Positions 1 through 10,257 are shown, counted from the stretch's first letter. The stretch: DNA of 49,382 bases from Bdellovibrionota bacterium FG-2 (GCA_051382305.1 JBBCAV010000107.1:1-49382), one strand, 5' to 3'. Numbers and translations are program-made. Notes: a model not told the origin generated them from the letters alone.

Positions 1-95
1 CGAAGGAGGACTGGTTCGGTGAGTTTATTAAACAGCCTTAGTGTAAAATACCATCTTATTTTATGTTAATTTTTGTCTAGACAATGGGGTCCACT

Positions 96-1334
96 TTACT
101 CGCCCAAGGTGCTCGAGAGAGAGATTTCGCCTAGATGCTGCTTAATAATCATGAAAACAATATTCATTCCCAACCCCGTGCCTTTGCCGACCGGTTTAGT
201 CGTGAAAAAGGGATCGAAAATTCGGTTTTGCACTTCTTGGGTCATTCCCCCGGCGTTATCACTATAGATAATTCGGGTTCCAGCTTCATCGGTTTTAGCA
301 TCAAGCGAGATCTGTTTTTTTCGCCCATTCGTCACGGATTCGAAGGCGTCTCTTGAATTGCCAATAAGGTTTTGAAAAACGCTCTCGAGTTTAACTCGAT
401 CCCCCCAGCAAAGCATGGGGTTAGCGTCCGCAAAGCTAAGGTTAATAGCTATGTTTTCCTCCCTTAATCGCTGCTCAAACAGAGCGTGGGCTTGCAAGAT
501 GGACTCTCGAATGTCGGTATAATCAAAATGTGCGGATTCGCGGGAAAAACTCAAAAGATGGGTAATAATTCCTTTCATGCGCTCAGCGGTTTTTACAATT
601 TTTTCGGCGTAAAGTGTGGTTTTTGGACCCTCAGGCTTCTCCACGATCAAACCGGCGTAAGTCATGATAGAAAAAAGGGGATTATTGAGTTCGTGGGCAA
701 TGCCGGCACTCATGGTCCCGATGGATGCGAGTTTTCCGTTTTGAATCAAGCGAGCTTCAATTTCCTTCTTTTCTTTTTCGATTTCGAGGCTCGAAACGAA
801 TCCGCCAAGGTACGGCCCCAAAACGCTCAAAAGCATATCCAGGCTATTGGAAAGGGTGCGCAGGGCTCCAATAGAATTGGGCGAAAGATAAAACATAAAA
901 ACACCTGAAACTTTGCCGTGCTCGAGATGGGTTACTATGGTGCTGATGGGATGCGTTTGTTCAAAGAACTCATTTTGATCGAAACGCTCATCACTGCAAA
1001 GTTCCTTCACAATGAGAAACGATTTGATTTCTTGCGCACACCAGGCAAGCGAATCTGGAGTCCGCTTGGGCTCTTTGAACTTGAAGCCTTCGTCGAACCC
1101 AGAGCTCGCCAAAACCCGGTATTCGTCACTTTTTTGAATTACGAACAGACTTTTATCAAATTTGAAGTGGTTATTGAGAATGGTCAGGACACCCTCAAAC
1201 ATGCTCACGAGATTCTTAGCTGAGCTGATATTGGCGAGAATTTCAATCAAAGTACTGAAAGATCGAGCAGTTTCATTGAGTTCGAATTTTAAAACCTCAT
1301 TTTCATCTGATAAAGCTTTTGTGAGCGCGTCCAT
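96..1334 (-). CDS. GAF-containing sensor histidine kinase (NtrB-like), C-terminus apparently truncated
   Basis: H-box AGIAHELNNPL, N-box NLIGNSRDA, DNAGG, FDPFFTTKPVGKGTGLG. Ends at SSTLGE* without the usual final GTxFxxxLP strand. Confidence 0.85.
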   Translation of the reverse strand: MDALTKALSDENEVLKFELNETARSFSTLIEILANISSAKNLVSMFEGVLTILNNHFKFDKSLFVIQKSDEYRVLASSGFDEGFKFKEPKRTPDSLAWCAQEIKSFLIVKELCSDERFDQNEFFEQTHPISTIVTHLEHGKVSGVFMFYLSPNSIGALRTLSNSLDMLLSVLGPYLGGFVSSLEIEKEKKEIEARLIQNGKLASIGTMSAGIAHELNNPLFSIMTYAGLIVEKPEGPKTTLYAEKIVKTAERMKGIITHLLSFSRESAHFDYTDIRESILQAHALFEQRLREENIAINLSFADANPMLCWGDRVKLESVFQNLIGNSRDAFESVTNGRKKQISLDAKTDEAGTRIIYSDNAGGMTQEVQNRIFDPFFTTKPVGKGTGLGMNIVFMIIKQHLGEISLSSTLGE

Positions 1335-1336
1335 TT

Positions 1337-2329
1337 TTAAAAGTTCTCCAGAATCATTCTGATCATTCGTTTGTCGTAATTTTGGATCTGACTTTGCTCT
1401 TGTTTCTTGAGGATCTGCAAAAGGATATTTTTTAGGCTCAAGTCGTCACTACCGATGTTTTTGGCGATTGCTAGGGCGACTTTATCCGCGAGTGAAACTA
1501 TTTTTGGAACATAGGAGAGTTTGCTCCAAATCAGTTTTTGAGGAAAACCTGTGCCAGACATGTTTTCGTGATGTTCGAGGATCACTTTGATAATATTTTC
1601 AGTAATGATTTTGGAGTGAGTGAGCTTTTCAATCATTTTTAATCCCATCGCAGGATGAGTCTGCAGGAGAAGGGTTTCCTCGGGGGTCATTTCTTTGCCG
1701 GCCAGGTATTTAGCGGTGATGTCCAGAGGGAGTGCACTGAGTCCGATGTCGTGGATGAGGCCACCGTAGGCCACTTCGGTGAAGGTTTTAGGTGCGTAGT
1801 TGCCGAGCGACATAGCCATAAATACGCCTAACGAGCTAACCATGAGCGAGTGGTTTGATAGCGAAGGAGTGCCTGACATGAATTCGAGAACGGTAGAATA
1901 GGCATCACTGATGTTTGAATGAGTGAGTTCGTCAGCTACGGATTTGGCCACTTCGACGCAGTTGTTGCTATAAGTAATGAGGTCGAGTTCGCTGCCTACC
2001 ATGTCTAGGGAGTTCATCACAAGTTTTGCAGAGGCTTTAATCGCCATGATCCTAAGGTTCTTGTCCTCATTATTGAGCAGGTTTCGAATGTTGGACTTAA
2101 TGAAAGAATTGTATTTTTCGGCATCATCACATCGAATGTGCATAAACATGGTCTTTTTGAATTTTAACTGCTGTAATTGCTCTTCTCTCATGCGATCACC
2201 AGCGGCAACATATTTAATGTGCTTATTATTGGCAGGCAAAAAGAGGTAGAGGTCAAAATTTAGAATTTGATTGGGTAGAATATTGAGAATTTGAACTTGC
2301 TGATATTCTAACTCATCGGGCTTGGTCAT
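1337..2329 (-). CDS. HD-GYP-type phosphohydrolase
   Basis: Motifs NHS, LIHDIG, HHENMSGTGFP (GYP variant) and SLAD. Confidence 0.85.
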   Translation of the reverse strand: MTKPDELEYQQVQILNILPNQILNFDLYLFLPANNKHIKYVAAGDRMREEQLQQLKFKKTMFMHIRCDDAEKYNSFIKSNIRNLLNNEDKNLRIMAIKASAKLVMNSLDMVGSELDLITYSNNCVEVAKSVADELTHSNISDAYSTVLEFMSGTPSLSNHSLMVSSLGVFMAMSLGNYAPKTFTEVAYGGLIHDIGLSALPLDITAKYLAGKEMTPEETLLLQTHPAMGLKMIEKLTHSKIITENIIKVILEHHENMSGTGFPQKLIWSKLSYVPKIVSLADKVALAIAKNIGSDDLSLKNILLQILKKQEQSQIQNYDKRMIRMILENF

Positions 2330-2338
2330 AAGGGGGTA

Positions 2339-2728
2339 TTAGTTTTTAGGGCTCGCCGAGTATCGCTCAAGTTCCTCTTTGACGATCTTTTTTAGTGTCG
2401 CGATGTTAAGCGGTTTTGATTCGTAGCGCTGTATTTTGCCTGCATTGACCGCAGCCTTGGCTGCTTCGAGATCCGCGTAGCCGGTGAGAAGAATTTTGGG
2501 AATTCGCTCGTCTTTTTTGACCACGGCTTTCAATACGTCGTAGCCTTGAATGCCCGGCATGCGCATATCGCAGATTATGAGATCAAAATGCTCTTCCATC
2601 TTTTGGAGCGCTTCCTCGCCTGAAAGAGCCGAGATGACGTTGTAATCATCTGAAAGGGCGTCCGTTAGTCCTTCGATAATATCGGCTTCGTCATCGACGA
2701 TCATTATGGTGTATTTTTTTTCGGTCAT
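2339..2728 (-). CDS. single-domain response regulator
   Basis: Receiver motifs IVDDE, ICDMRMP, LTGY, SKP. Confidence 0.9.
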   Translation of the reverse strand: MTEKKYTIMIVDDEADIIEGLTDALSDDYNVISALSGEEALQKMEEHFDLIICDMRMPGIQGYDVLKAVVKKDERIPKILLTGYADLEAAKAAVNAGKIQRYESKPLNIATLKKIVKEELERYSASPKN

Positions 2729-2985
2729 TGGCGTTCTCCTTTTGGCTTAGGCTTTACGGATAGTCGTTTTTGAGGGAGGTCTTCATCACAAAAACGATCA
2801 TAGTCGCTTGAAGGGGTGGATAGTTGGATTTTAATGGGAAGGTTGGGCGAGGATGTTCTTCGTGCTTGTTGAGCAAGTTGAGCTTGCTCGGTTTCAAGAA
2901 AAAGGTGGTCAAAAAAAATCCCACAAAACCGACCCGCAGATTTTGCGATTAAACAAAAAATGTCCTCGAATTCGCTATTATTCAT
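2725..2985 (-). CDS. hypothetical protein
   Basis: 4-nt overlaps with both neighbours in the operon. No motif recognised. Confidence 0.5.
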   Translation of the reverse strand: MNNSEFEDIFCLIAKSAGRFCGIFFDHLFLETEQAQLAQQARRTSSPNLPIKIQLSTPSSDYDRFCDEDLPQKRLSVKPKPKGERQ

Positions 2986-3518
2986 TCAGATCTCCTAATC
3001 GCAAGCTTTTTGATCACGATATCGGTAGCCGGACGATCGTAAAGCCCCATGGGAGCGTCTGTCATGCTTTGCACCACTTCAAGTCCCTTGGTTATCTTTC
3101 CAAAAACAGTATAACGTCCATCAAGCTGTTTTTGGGGGGCAAGAATGATAAAGAATTGAGACCCATTGGTGTTGGGGCCTGCATTAGCCATCGAAACGAC
3201 TCCTGGCGCATCGTGGGTGAGTTCGGGGCGGGTTTCGTTGTTAAAATAATATCCCGGGGTCCCTGTTCCTGTGCCATCAGGGCATCCCCCCTGGATCATG
3301 AAATTCTTTATGACCCGATGAAAGGTGAGTCCGTCGTAAAAATTCCCTCTCCTAACGCTTTGTTGCCTTCCCTCGGCCAGATTGACAAAGTTCCATACCG
3401 TGATCGGGCATTCTTTGGCGTACAGGAGGACCTCAAATGTTCCCACCGTGGTTTCAAAGCAAGCGGTGAGGCGTTCGAGATTTTCCTTGTATTCAGTCAT
3501 GTCAAAAAGTTTTAACAT
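2982..3518 (-). CDS. cyclophilin-type peptidyl-prolyl cis-trans isomerase
   Basis: FYDGLTFHRVIKNFMIQGG, SMANAGPNTNGSQFFI, YTVFG. Confidence 0.95.
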   Translation of the reverse strand: MLKLFDMTEYKENLERLTACFETTVGTFEVLLYAKECPITVWNFVNLAEGRQQSVRRGNFYDGLTFHRVIKNFMIQGGCPDGTGTGTPGYYFNNETRPELTHDAPGVVSMANAGPNTNGSQFFIILAPQKQLDGRYTVFGKITKGLEVVQSMTDAPMGLYDRPATDIVIKKLAIRRSE

Positions 3519-5734
3519 ATTGCTCCTTGTGTGGGAGTATTTGCATTGGGTCTATTGACCTTATGTCCAATCATGGAGAGCCACCTGCGCCTGCTCATGA
3601 TTGTGTGGGTCGAATGGATCATTTGGGGATTATAGGCTTCGGCGATGAATGAGAGTGCCATTTTCCAGGCGATTGCGAGTTTATTCAAATCAGCGGTGCC
3701 CGATGTCAGATAGTGTTCAGCTTTTGTTTTTTGAGTTTCTAGTTCCAAAGTCGTATTGGATAATTGCGTGCGAATCTGCTGAAGCTTCTTCTCCAAGGTT
3801 TCTCTTCGCATTTTTCCGTAATCAAAGAGTGCGTTTATCTCTCCTTTAACGCCACACTGAATGAGCTTTTGTGAAAGGTTTTGCTCCTCCTTGGTAAGGC
3901 GCTTTAAGCGCCGTTTCGTCTTAAAGAAGGCGTAAAAAGACGACGTTTCGGATGCTTCAGAGAGTTCCTCTGTTCGCTTCAGGACTCGGTTGAGAATTTG
4001 TTGTTGTTCCCCTTGAATTCTGCGGTCGATCTCGGCGAAGGTAAAATCGGATTGCCTAAGTATATCGTCGAGTTTTGGAAAGATAATCTCGAGATAGCGA
4101 TTCAGGCAGAACTCTGGATTGTTGATCAGCCCTTGAATGGCAACAATTCTCTCGTTGTACTCATTTGCCGCCTGGGTATGGTGGCCACGAAAATCGCTTT
4201 TGAAGTAATCCAACAATAAAGTGCTGATGGGTTTATCAAGTGGGTCGATGACCCGGGGGTTGATTTCTTCAAGTAATTGGTAAAATGAGTCCATCAGCAG
4301 GACGCCCTTCGAAGGGATCAGGCGGTTATAGACTTGAGCGATCTCGTCGTCATAAAGAAAAATGTAGACCTGCTTGAGAAACTTCTCTTCCCAGTCATTA
4401 AGCTCCTCTTGTTTCGTCGCGATGATTTCTGCTTCTTTTCGGCCGCGAGCCGCTAGCGAGGGGCCTAAGAAAACGAGGTCGGCAAGATCAATGAGCCCCG
4501 ACAACGTCAAGATGGGGGCGACGACAACTTGAGCCCAGACCACTCCATATTTGCTCCTAAGTAATTGGGTGAGTTCAACGAAGGATAGATATTTAACCTT
4601 CGGGAGGCCCTGGGTCAGCGCGGCTACCGCCTCCGTGTTCATGGGCGGAAAAGAGATGGAGACCTTATAAATTCTTGCCTTGGCGTTACCGGCACGATCG
4701 ATTTGCGTCAATACATGAATGTGTTTTGCAATCATGGTTTCAAGTTGGGCAATGGTGTCGTTATAGTGTTCTGCGGTTGCCGAAAACCCAACGCTCATTT
4801 TTTTTACGATCCGATCCAGGTCGTAATACTCCACAAAAGCCAAAGCCAAAAAATGGGGCAAGAGACTGTGCTCACTTCTAATAATGCCATCGAGTTCGAC
4901 GAGGTAATTCTTGGTCTGCTGATCTTGCGACTTCACGAATGATTCATACTCAGCAACGATCTTACTAATTTTTTCCTCAACTGAAAGGGTGAGATCGAGC
5001 CCGCTTGCTTGGATGACGTCATTGACTTCTTTTGCCACCCGATCGTGTCCAGTGGGGGCTGAGCTTTTGATGGCTTTATAATCGCCCGTGATCACATACG
5101 ACTTCCCCCAGAAACGTGAGCCCTGGCCCGCGAAGCCGCTTGATGCGCTCCCGGTGGCCTCATCAGAAGGAAAGGTCTTGAACTGCGCGGCAATAAGCTT
5201 GCCGCTTTCTTTCAAGGAGGTGACGGATTGATGAAATGAGGTGATTGCCGACTTCTCGCCAATCATGACAGGAGCAAACGCCGTGTCGGCTCGAGCGTGA
5301 ATCAGTCGATATTGCTCGGTCATGTATTCGGATTTAGAAAGAAAAGCCACGCCGCCATCGTAATTGGTCTTAAGAGATACAAAGACCATCAGAGTAGCAA
5401 GCAGAACTCGAAAAGGACTGCTGATATAGACTGATCGGATACCCTTGAAGACTTTGCCTTCGGACAGGACTCCGCGAAAGAGTGAAATCTTAAAGTGCAA
5501 AATAATGTAGGAAAGAATGCATCCGCAAATAAAGGAGACGAAGACGCGAGGGGCTGCGCCCTTTTCTCCGTAAAATGGGGATAAAATGGCAAGGCTGCTG
5601 TCTTGAAGGATGTGATTGACGCCATACCCTGTCGTGAAGGCGGAAACGGCAAAGCACAAGATGCCTAAGATCGTAAGCCCCCAAAAGTCGACGTGTTCGA
5701 TTTTTTTTGGGCTGTAGCTGCAGAGTTGCTGCAT
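3512..5734 (-). CDS. hypothetical membrane protein with C-terminal coiled coil
   Basis: 740-aa ORF with several N-terminal hydrophobic segments, one central hydrophobic segment and a helical C-terminus. Confidence 0.7.
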   Translation of the reverse strand: MQQLCSYSPKKIEHVDFWGLTILGILCFAVSAFTTGYGVNHILQDSSLAILSPFYGEKGAAPRVFVSFICGCILSYIILHFKISLFRGVLSEGKVFKGIRSVYISSPFRVLLATLMVFVSLKTNYDGGVAFLSKSEYMTEQYRLIHARADTAFAPVMIGEKSAITSFHQSVTSLKESGKLIAAQFKTFPSDEATGSASSGFAGQGSRFWGKSYVITGDYKAIKSSAPTGHDRVAKEVNDVIQASGLDLTLSVEEKISKIVAEYESFVKSQDQQTKNYLVELDGIIRSEHSLLPHFLALAFVEYYDLDRIVKKMSVGFSATAEHYNDTIAQLETMIAKHIHVLTQIDRAGNAKARIYKVSISFPPMNTEAVAALTQGLPKVKYLSFVELTQLLRSKYGVVWAQVVVAPILTLSGLIDLADLVFLGPSLAARGRKEAEIIATKQEELNDWEEKFLKQVYIFLYDDEIAQVYNRLIPSKGVLLMDSFYQLLEEINPRVIDPLDKPISTLLLDYFKSDFRGHHTQAANEYNERIVAIQGLINNPEFCLNRYLEIIFPKLDDILRQSDFTFAEIDRRIQGEQQQILNRVLKRTEELSEASETSSFYAFFKTKRRLKRLTKEEQNLSQKLIQCGVKGEINALFDYGKMRRETLEKKLQQIRTQLSNTTLELETQKTKAEHYLTSGTADLNKLAIAWKMALSFIAEAYNPQMIHSTHTIMSRRRWLSMIGHKVNRPNANTPTQGAIC

Positions 5735-5862
5735 CGAACTCTTAAAGTATTTCTTAGAAGCATGATGAAAGCAGATGAGGAGATGTTGCGAGAATTTGTA
5801 GAAAGGGTTTCTCTTGTAGAGCTGTTCGTGATCCTTGAGTTGCGTAATATGCGTGAAGTCTT

Positions 5863-6087
5863 TTAGGTCGGGCCTGAGGGGGCTCTTCGTAATTCATCTT
5901 TTAAGGCCTTTGCTCTTTCCAAAAGTTCTGCAACTTCTTCGGATTTGTCAAAGGTGAGGAGTTGGGATTCTTTTTTGTCTGTGCTCAGGAGCTGATGAAG
6001 ATTGGCTGTGGATTGTTTAAAAAGTTTATCAATAAAGAAGATATAGTTACTGAAGAGGAAATTGCGATGGTCTTCATTTTCTTCCAT
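5863..6087 (-). CDS. hypothetical protein
   Basis: 74-aa ORF with a GGAG RBS upstream of the ATG. Confidence 0.45.
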   Translation of the reverse strand: MEENEDHRNFLFSNYIFFIDKLFKQSTANLHQLLSTDKKESQLLTFDKSEEVAELLERAKALKDELRRAPSGPT

Positions 6088-6344
6088 AAAAATGCTCCGG
6101 ATCTCTACTGGGTAGTCTGTCTTTCATGATAGACGCTCTAGGGTCAAAAAACACGAGAATTGATGATTTGATCAAAAACTGTCTATACTTTAGGCAGAAA
6201 TTGCCATCTCCTGTTTTAGGTTGGAGCGAAAAGACTGGGGTTTGTTGGCGGTCGCTCGCCTGATTTAGTTGAGCGAAGAAAGCAGTAGGTTTTCAGGATT
6301 TCAATGTATAATCTTAAATATAACCACCTCGGAGCAAAAATATC

Positions 6345-7496
6345 ATGGCGATAATGCGGCCCGCGAACCAATCGAATTCGTTGTTTCAGTGTTCACTTTC
6401 ATGGTCTACTTGCACAATTCGCGCGGGATTTGCGCTCTCGTTGTTGGCAGTACTGATCTCAGGATGGTGCGTGAGTGTCTACCAAAGACGGGCACATGAG
6501 GCTGCGCTTCGGGACCGAGTGGGCAGCTTGGCAAAAGTGGTCGCGGCCATGGGCAGTGCAGAGAATTTGAAGAAACTGGTTTTTCCTCGCGCTGGTACCG
6601 CACCTGATTCTGCCCTTTTGGATTATCATAAGCGATTGACGAAGCTCGCTGGCGCAATCTGCGATGCTGACGCAAACATTCTCCGAGTTCGTTTTTTTGC
6701 GAAACCCCCGCAAGGGGAGATTCTTATTATTCTGGATGCGAGCTCGAGCCGTCAAACGAATGACGGAGTCAAGATAGGCGCTCCTTATCCTGACGCGCCC
6801 ATGGAGCTTCAGCAGGCTTTTGGTGAAGGTAAAGTTAAAACGACTGCCTCACTTAAGGGAGGGGCGAGAGTTTCAGGCTTTGCTCCTTTAATGGCGGCTA
6901 GTGCGCCCACTGGAGTCGTTGTTGGAGTTGAAGTCGATGCGACGGCTTGGCAGCGTGGGGCGCATGTAGCGCGCTGGATTTCGAAGGGCGTGACGGCCTT
7001 TTTTGCTCTGATGCTGGTGGCATTATTCTGGATCGTGCAGAGATCCAAACGTGGCGTGCAACCTGAACCTCCCGTGGCAGCGGTAAAAGAACCTTTAACG
7101 GAGAAGTTCCAGGAGAACGTAGATGAACAGATCATTGCCGGCGCCCGATTTGAAACCCCGGAGCCTGTGAGTGCACCGGAGCCCATTGAGGAGGGGCTTC
7201 TCGTCATCAGTGCCAAAGGGGAGATCGTTGAATGCAACCCTGAATTTGTAGCCTTGTGGAGTATCCCGCAAGATCTGCTCGCACAGAAGCAATACGCGCC
7301 TGTGCTAAAATTGATCACCGCTCAGATGGCGGAGCCTGAAGCGTTTTTGAAGCAGATCGAATTCGGGGGCTCGGAAATGAGTATTGATGACTATAGTAAA
7401 GTGACTCTAAAAGACGGGCGGTTGCTGGAGTATCGCTCTTCTTTGGAAAAGTCCGAGGCGGGAACGTCGTGGATTTTAAACTTCAGGAAATGCTAG
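6345..7496 (+). CDS. membrane sensor-like protein (TM, periplasmic domain, TM, PAS) without an output domain
   Basis: Two TM segments flank a Cache-like region. C-terminal PAS-like EGLLVISAKGEIVECNPEFVALW...WILNFR. Confidence 0.65.
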   Translation: MAIMRPANQSNSLFQCSLSWSTCTIRAGFALSLLAVLISGWCVSVYQRRAHEAALRDRVGSLAKVVAAMGSAENLKKLVFPRAGTAPDSALLDYHKRLTKLAGAICDADANILRVRFFAKPPQGEILIILDASSSRQTNDGVKIGAPYPDAPMELQQAFGEGKVKTTASLKGGARVSGFAPLMAASAPTGVVVGVEVDATAWQRGAHVARWISKGVTAFFALMLVALFWIVQRSKRGVQPEPPVAAVKEPLTEKFQENVDEQIIAGARFETPEPVSAPEPIEEGLLVISAKGEIVECNPEFVALWSIPQDLLAQKQYAPVLKLITAQMAEPEAFLKQIEFGGSEMSIDDYSKVTLKDGRLLEYRSSLEKSEAGTSWILNFRKC

Positions 7497-7503
7497 CCGT
7501 TAA

Positions 7504-7659
7504 TCAGGGGTGAATCTTAACCCAGATTTCTTTTAACTTTTTATTAAAAGATTCAGGCGTGGGCGGATTTACAACAAGTTGTTCAAGCAAGTTCCTTGAG
7601 CGACGACGCTCTGTGGTCATGTCATCGACCAATAAGATGCGGGTCGTGCTTGGGAACAT
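7504..7659 (-). pseudogene. internally deleted CheY-like receiver (51 aa)
   Basis: Hand translation MFPSTTRILLVDDMTTERRRSRNLLEQLVVNPPTPESFNKKLKEIWVKIHP joins a receiver beta1-alpha1 to beta5-alpha5. Not in the supplied ORF track. Confidence 0.6.
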
Positions 7660-7807
7660 GCTCTTTTGATGATAGCTCTCGCGCTACCAGGTAATTCAAC
7701 CAAAACTGCGCACCGCATCTAAGTAACAGATATTTTGAGGCAATTCGCTCGCCCATTTGAAAGTAATAGCATTTGTCAGCCGTGGCATGTCAGGGTTACA
7801 ATAGGTC

Positions 7808-9199
7808 ATGGAACTTAAGCCCCCCGATATTAAAGATGCCGCACCAGGCGACGAGATTTCAAATCTGCTTGCGCAAATCATGGCAAACCGCAAGGCAAAG
7901 GCCTCTCGGGGCGTTAAAGTCTTAAGCCAAAAGCAGGCGGCCGCCATGAACAAAAACCTGTTCGGCGGGATCGTGGGGAATGTCCTTGAGTGGTTTGACT
8001 TCGCGGTTTTTGGTTTCTTCGCTCCGATCATTGGAGAAAAGTTTTTTCCTTCAGATGATCCTCTGGATTCCCTGCTGAGCGCGTTCAGCGTTTTTGCCGC
8101 CGCGTTTCTCGTGCGCCCGATCGGGGGGATAATTTTTGGCTACATCGGGGATCAATTGGGGCGTCAGAAGGCGCTTCAGATCTCGGTGATGATGATGGCG
8201 ATTCCGACTTTTCTCATCGGTTGTTTGCCCACTCATGCGGATATCGGTTCGCTGGCGCCTGTTTTGCTCATCTTGCTTAGAATTTTGCAGGGACTTTCGG
8301 TGGGCGGAGAATTGATAGGCTCTATCGCCTATGTTGCTGAAACTGCGCCGGCCGGGCAGCGAGGATATTTCAGCAGTTGGACATTTGCGAGCTGCTACAC
8401 GGGGATCATGTTGGGCTCACTGGGTGCCGTGGCATTAGGCGCGATACTTGGGCCTCAAGAGTTGGCGGACTGGGGTTGGCGACTGCCGTTTCTGTTCGGA
8501 CTCGTTATTGGGTTCGTGGGCATTTGGATGCGTAAGGAGCTTGACGAAACACCGGTTTTTGAAAAGATGAAGGCCGAGGGAAAATTGGGCGGCAATCCCT
8601 TGCGTGATGCACTGGAGCTTGCGCCCGGCGGGATTTTTCACGCTTCGATGCTCGTCATTCTTGTGGGCGGTGGGTTTTACTTGCTGTTTGTCTGGTGGCC
8701 GACGCTTCTGAGTCGCTACGTTCATCCGCATGTGCCTTACGCGATGGCGCTCAATACCTTTTCGATGATGCTTCTCATTCTCATGATCCCTCTCACGGGG
8801 CGGCTCTCGGATAAACTTGGGCGAAAGCAACTTTTGGTGCTCAGCAGTGCTGCGATGGCGCTGCTCACTTTGCCTCTTTTTATGCTCGTGGATCAGGGAG
8901 GGTTTCTCCCTGTGCTGATCGCCCAATTGTGCTTTACGGTGATGATGGCGTTCTTCTTAGGGCCGATTCCTGCGACTTTGGTTGAGATGTTTCCTGCACG
9001 CATTCGTTATAGTGCGATCGGGCTGGGCTACAATATTTCGCTATGTATTTTTGGGGGGACGGCGCCCCTGTTTGCGACATGGCTTGTCAAAACTTATCAT
9101 ACCGTTTACGCACCTGCGCTCTATCTGGTTTTGCTCTCTGGACTCAATCTTTTGGCTGCTTTGAAGCTACCGGAGAACACGCATAAGCGTTCCTTATAA
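7808..9199 (+). CDS. MFS transporter, MHS (ProP-like) family; start may be ATG 7946
   Basis: GNVLEWFDF, RPIGGIIFGYIGDQLGR, LRILQGLSVGGE, EMFPARIR, GGTAP. Confidence 0.9.
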   Translation: MELKPPDIKDAAPGDEISNLLAQIMANRKAKASRGVKVLSQKQAAAMNKNLFGGIVGNVLEWFDFAVFGFFAPIIGEKFFPSDDPLDSLLSAFSVFAAAFLVRPIGGIIFGYIGDQLGRQKALQISVMMMAIPTFLIGCLPTHADIGSLAPVLLILLRILQGLSVGGELIGSIAYVAETAPAGQRGYFSSWTFASCYTGIMLGSLGAVALGAILGPQELADWGWRLPFLFGLVIGFVGIWMRKELDETPVFEKMKAEGKLGGNPLRDALELAPGGIFHASMLVILVGGGFYLLFVWWPTLLSRYVHPHVPYAMALNTFSMMLLILMIPLTGRLSDKLGRKQLLVLSSAAMALLTLPLFMLVDQGGFLPVLIAQLCFTVMMAFFLGPIPATLVEMFPARIRYSAIGLGYNISLCIFGGTAPLFATWLVKTYHTVYAPALYLVLLSGLNLLAALKLPENTHKRSL

Positions 9200-9246
9200 T
9201 TTCTGTGGGTAATCTTTGCGTGTAATTTTGGCGCGTTAATAGTAAG

Positions 9247-9423
9247 TCAATGCCCAGAGAGAAAGAGGGGCATCATGGGAGTTGGAGTTTTGGTCGTATT
9301 TGCGTGTGCGATACCTGCGAAGATTTTAGCCAATAAGAATAAGGCAAAAAAGAATAAGCCTTTGGTTACCCTCACCAAAGCAGCGGTTAAAGGCCGCCGA
9401 ACGCTTCCGCGAAGACGCTCCAT
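9247..9423 (-). CDS. small (58 aa) signal-peptide-like ORF
   Basis: Hand translation MERLRGSVRRPLTAALVRVTKGLFFFALFLLAKIFAGIAHANTTKTPTPMMPLFLSGH. Directly follows the DjlA-like gene. Confidence 0.3.
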   Translation of the reverse strand: MERLRGSVRRPLTAALVRVTKGLFFFALFLLAKIFAGIAHANTTKTPTPMMPLFLSGH

Positions 9424-9441
9424 GATGGTGGGCCCGATCTG

Positions 9442-10257
9442 TTAGGTTTTCAGGCGGCGAAACGCTTTATTGATTTCGATGAAGTGATTATGCGCCTTCT
9501 GCTGGACTTCAGCCGTTTGAGTCGCATATCTGTCCGGATGATAAAGACCTGCCATTTTGCGATAGGCTTTGTGGATTTGCTCTGACGTCGCTGATTTATC
9601 GATGCCTAGAATTTCGTAAAAACTGTTTTTGTCTATAATGCATGCGTTTGGCGCAATCGTGCTAAACAGTCGGTCAAAGGCCTGTGGAGTGACCCCCATT
9701 TGGGCCGCAATCCAACGAAGTCCTGCTATCTCATCACGCTCAATCACTCCGTCGACATGGAAAAAGACGATGAGTAATTTTAACAACTCCTGCTTCCCTT
9801 CTAAGGGGAGCGTGCGACGTACGAGTTTGCACATCTGTTCAATTTGCTGAGCTTGCAGCGCATCTGAAAGCCGTTTTTGGCTCGTGATGATCTCAGAGAG
9901 TTTATCGGCGATGTCTTCGGGGAGCACGTTTTTAAATCGTCTTTTGATTTTTTCAGGGCTCGGTAGCGTGTGGTCCGGTGTACTTAGCCGCAGGAGATAG
10001 ACACTGAACGTGAGAAAACAATAAAAAACTAAACCTTGGGTGAGGGCTCCGGCGAGTGTTTTTCGGATCTTTCCCAGTTGATCGGCCGCGCGTTTTCCGT
10101 GCCCAATCATGCGCCCGGAGCGATGGGCGATTTCGTAAAAGATTCCTTTTAAAAGTTCGGTTTTTTTTGTCATTGCCATGGTTTGGATTCCAGCTTTAGC
10201 AGGAGGTGTGGCGCTTGAGAATGGTGAAATGAGCCGAGAAGAGAACTTTCTATTCAT
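9442..10257 (-). CDS. DjlA-like protein (TerB-like domain plus C-terminal J domain)
   Basis: HVDGVIERDE TerB-like motif. J domain FYEILGI...KAYRKMAGLYHPDR...EINKAF. Confidence 0.85.
   Translation of the reverse strand: MNRKFSSRLISPFSSATPPAKAGIQTMAMTKKTELLKGIFYEIAHRSGRMIGHGKRAADQLGKIRKTLAGALTQGLVFYCFLTFSVYLLRLSTPDHTLPSPEKIKRRFKNVLPEDIADKLSEIITSQKRLSDALQAQQIEQMCKLVRRTLPLEGKQELLKLLIVFFHVDGVIERDEIAGLRWIAAQMGVTPQAFDRLFSTIAPNACIIDKNSFYEILGIDKSATSEQIHKAYRKMAGLYHPDRYATQTAEVQQKAHNHFIEINKAFRRLKT

Noticed and set aside
2853-3515. 220-aa plus-strand ORF, and similar antisense ORFs across the track such as 41384-41983 and 6809-7318
   Set aside because: Shadow frames opposite well-supported genes, with no motifs.
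9426-9441. TGGTGGGCCCGATCTG as the left att copy of the tRNA 3' end
   Set aside because: Only TGGTG and scattered bases match TGGTGCGGGCGACTGG, which is not distinguishable from chance.
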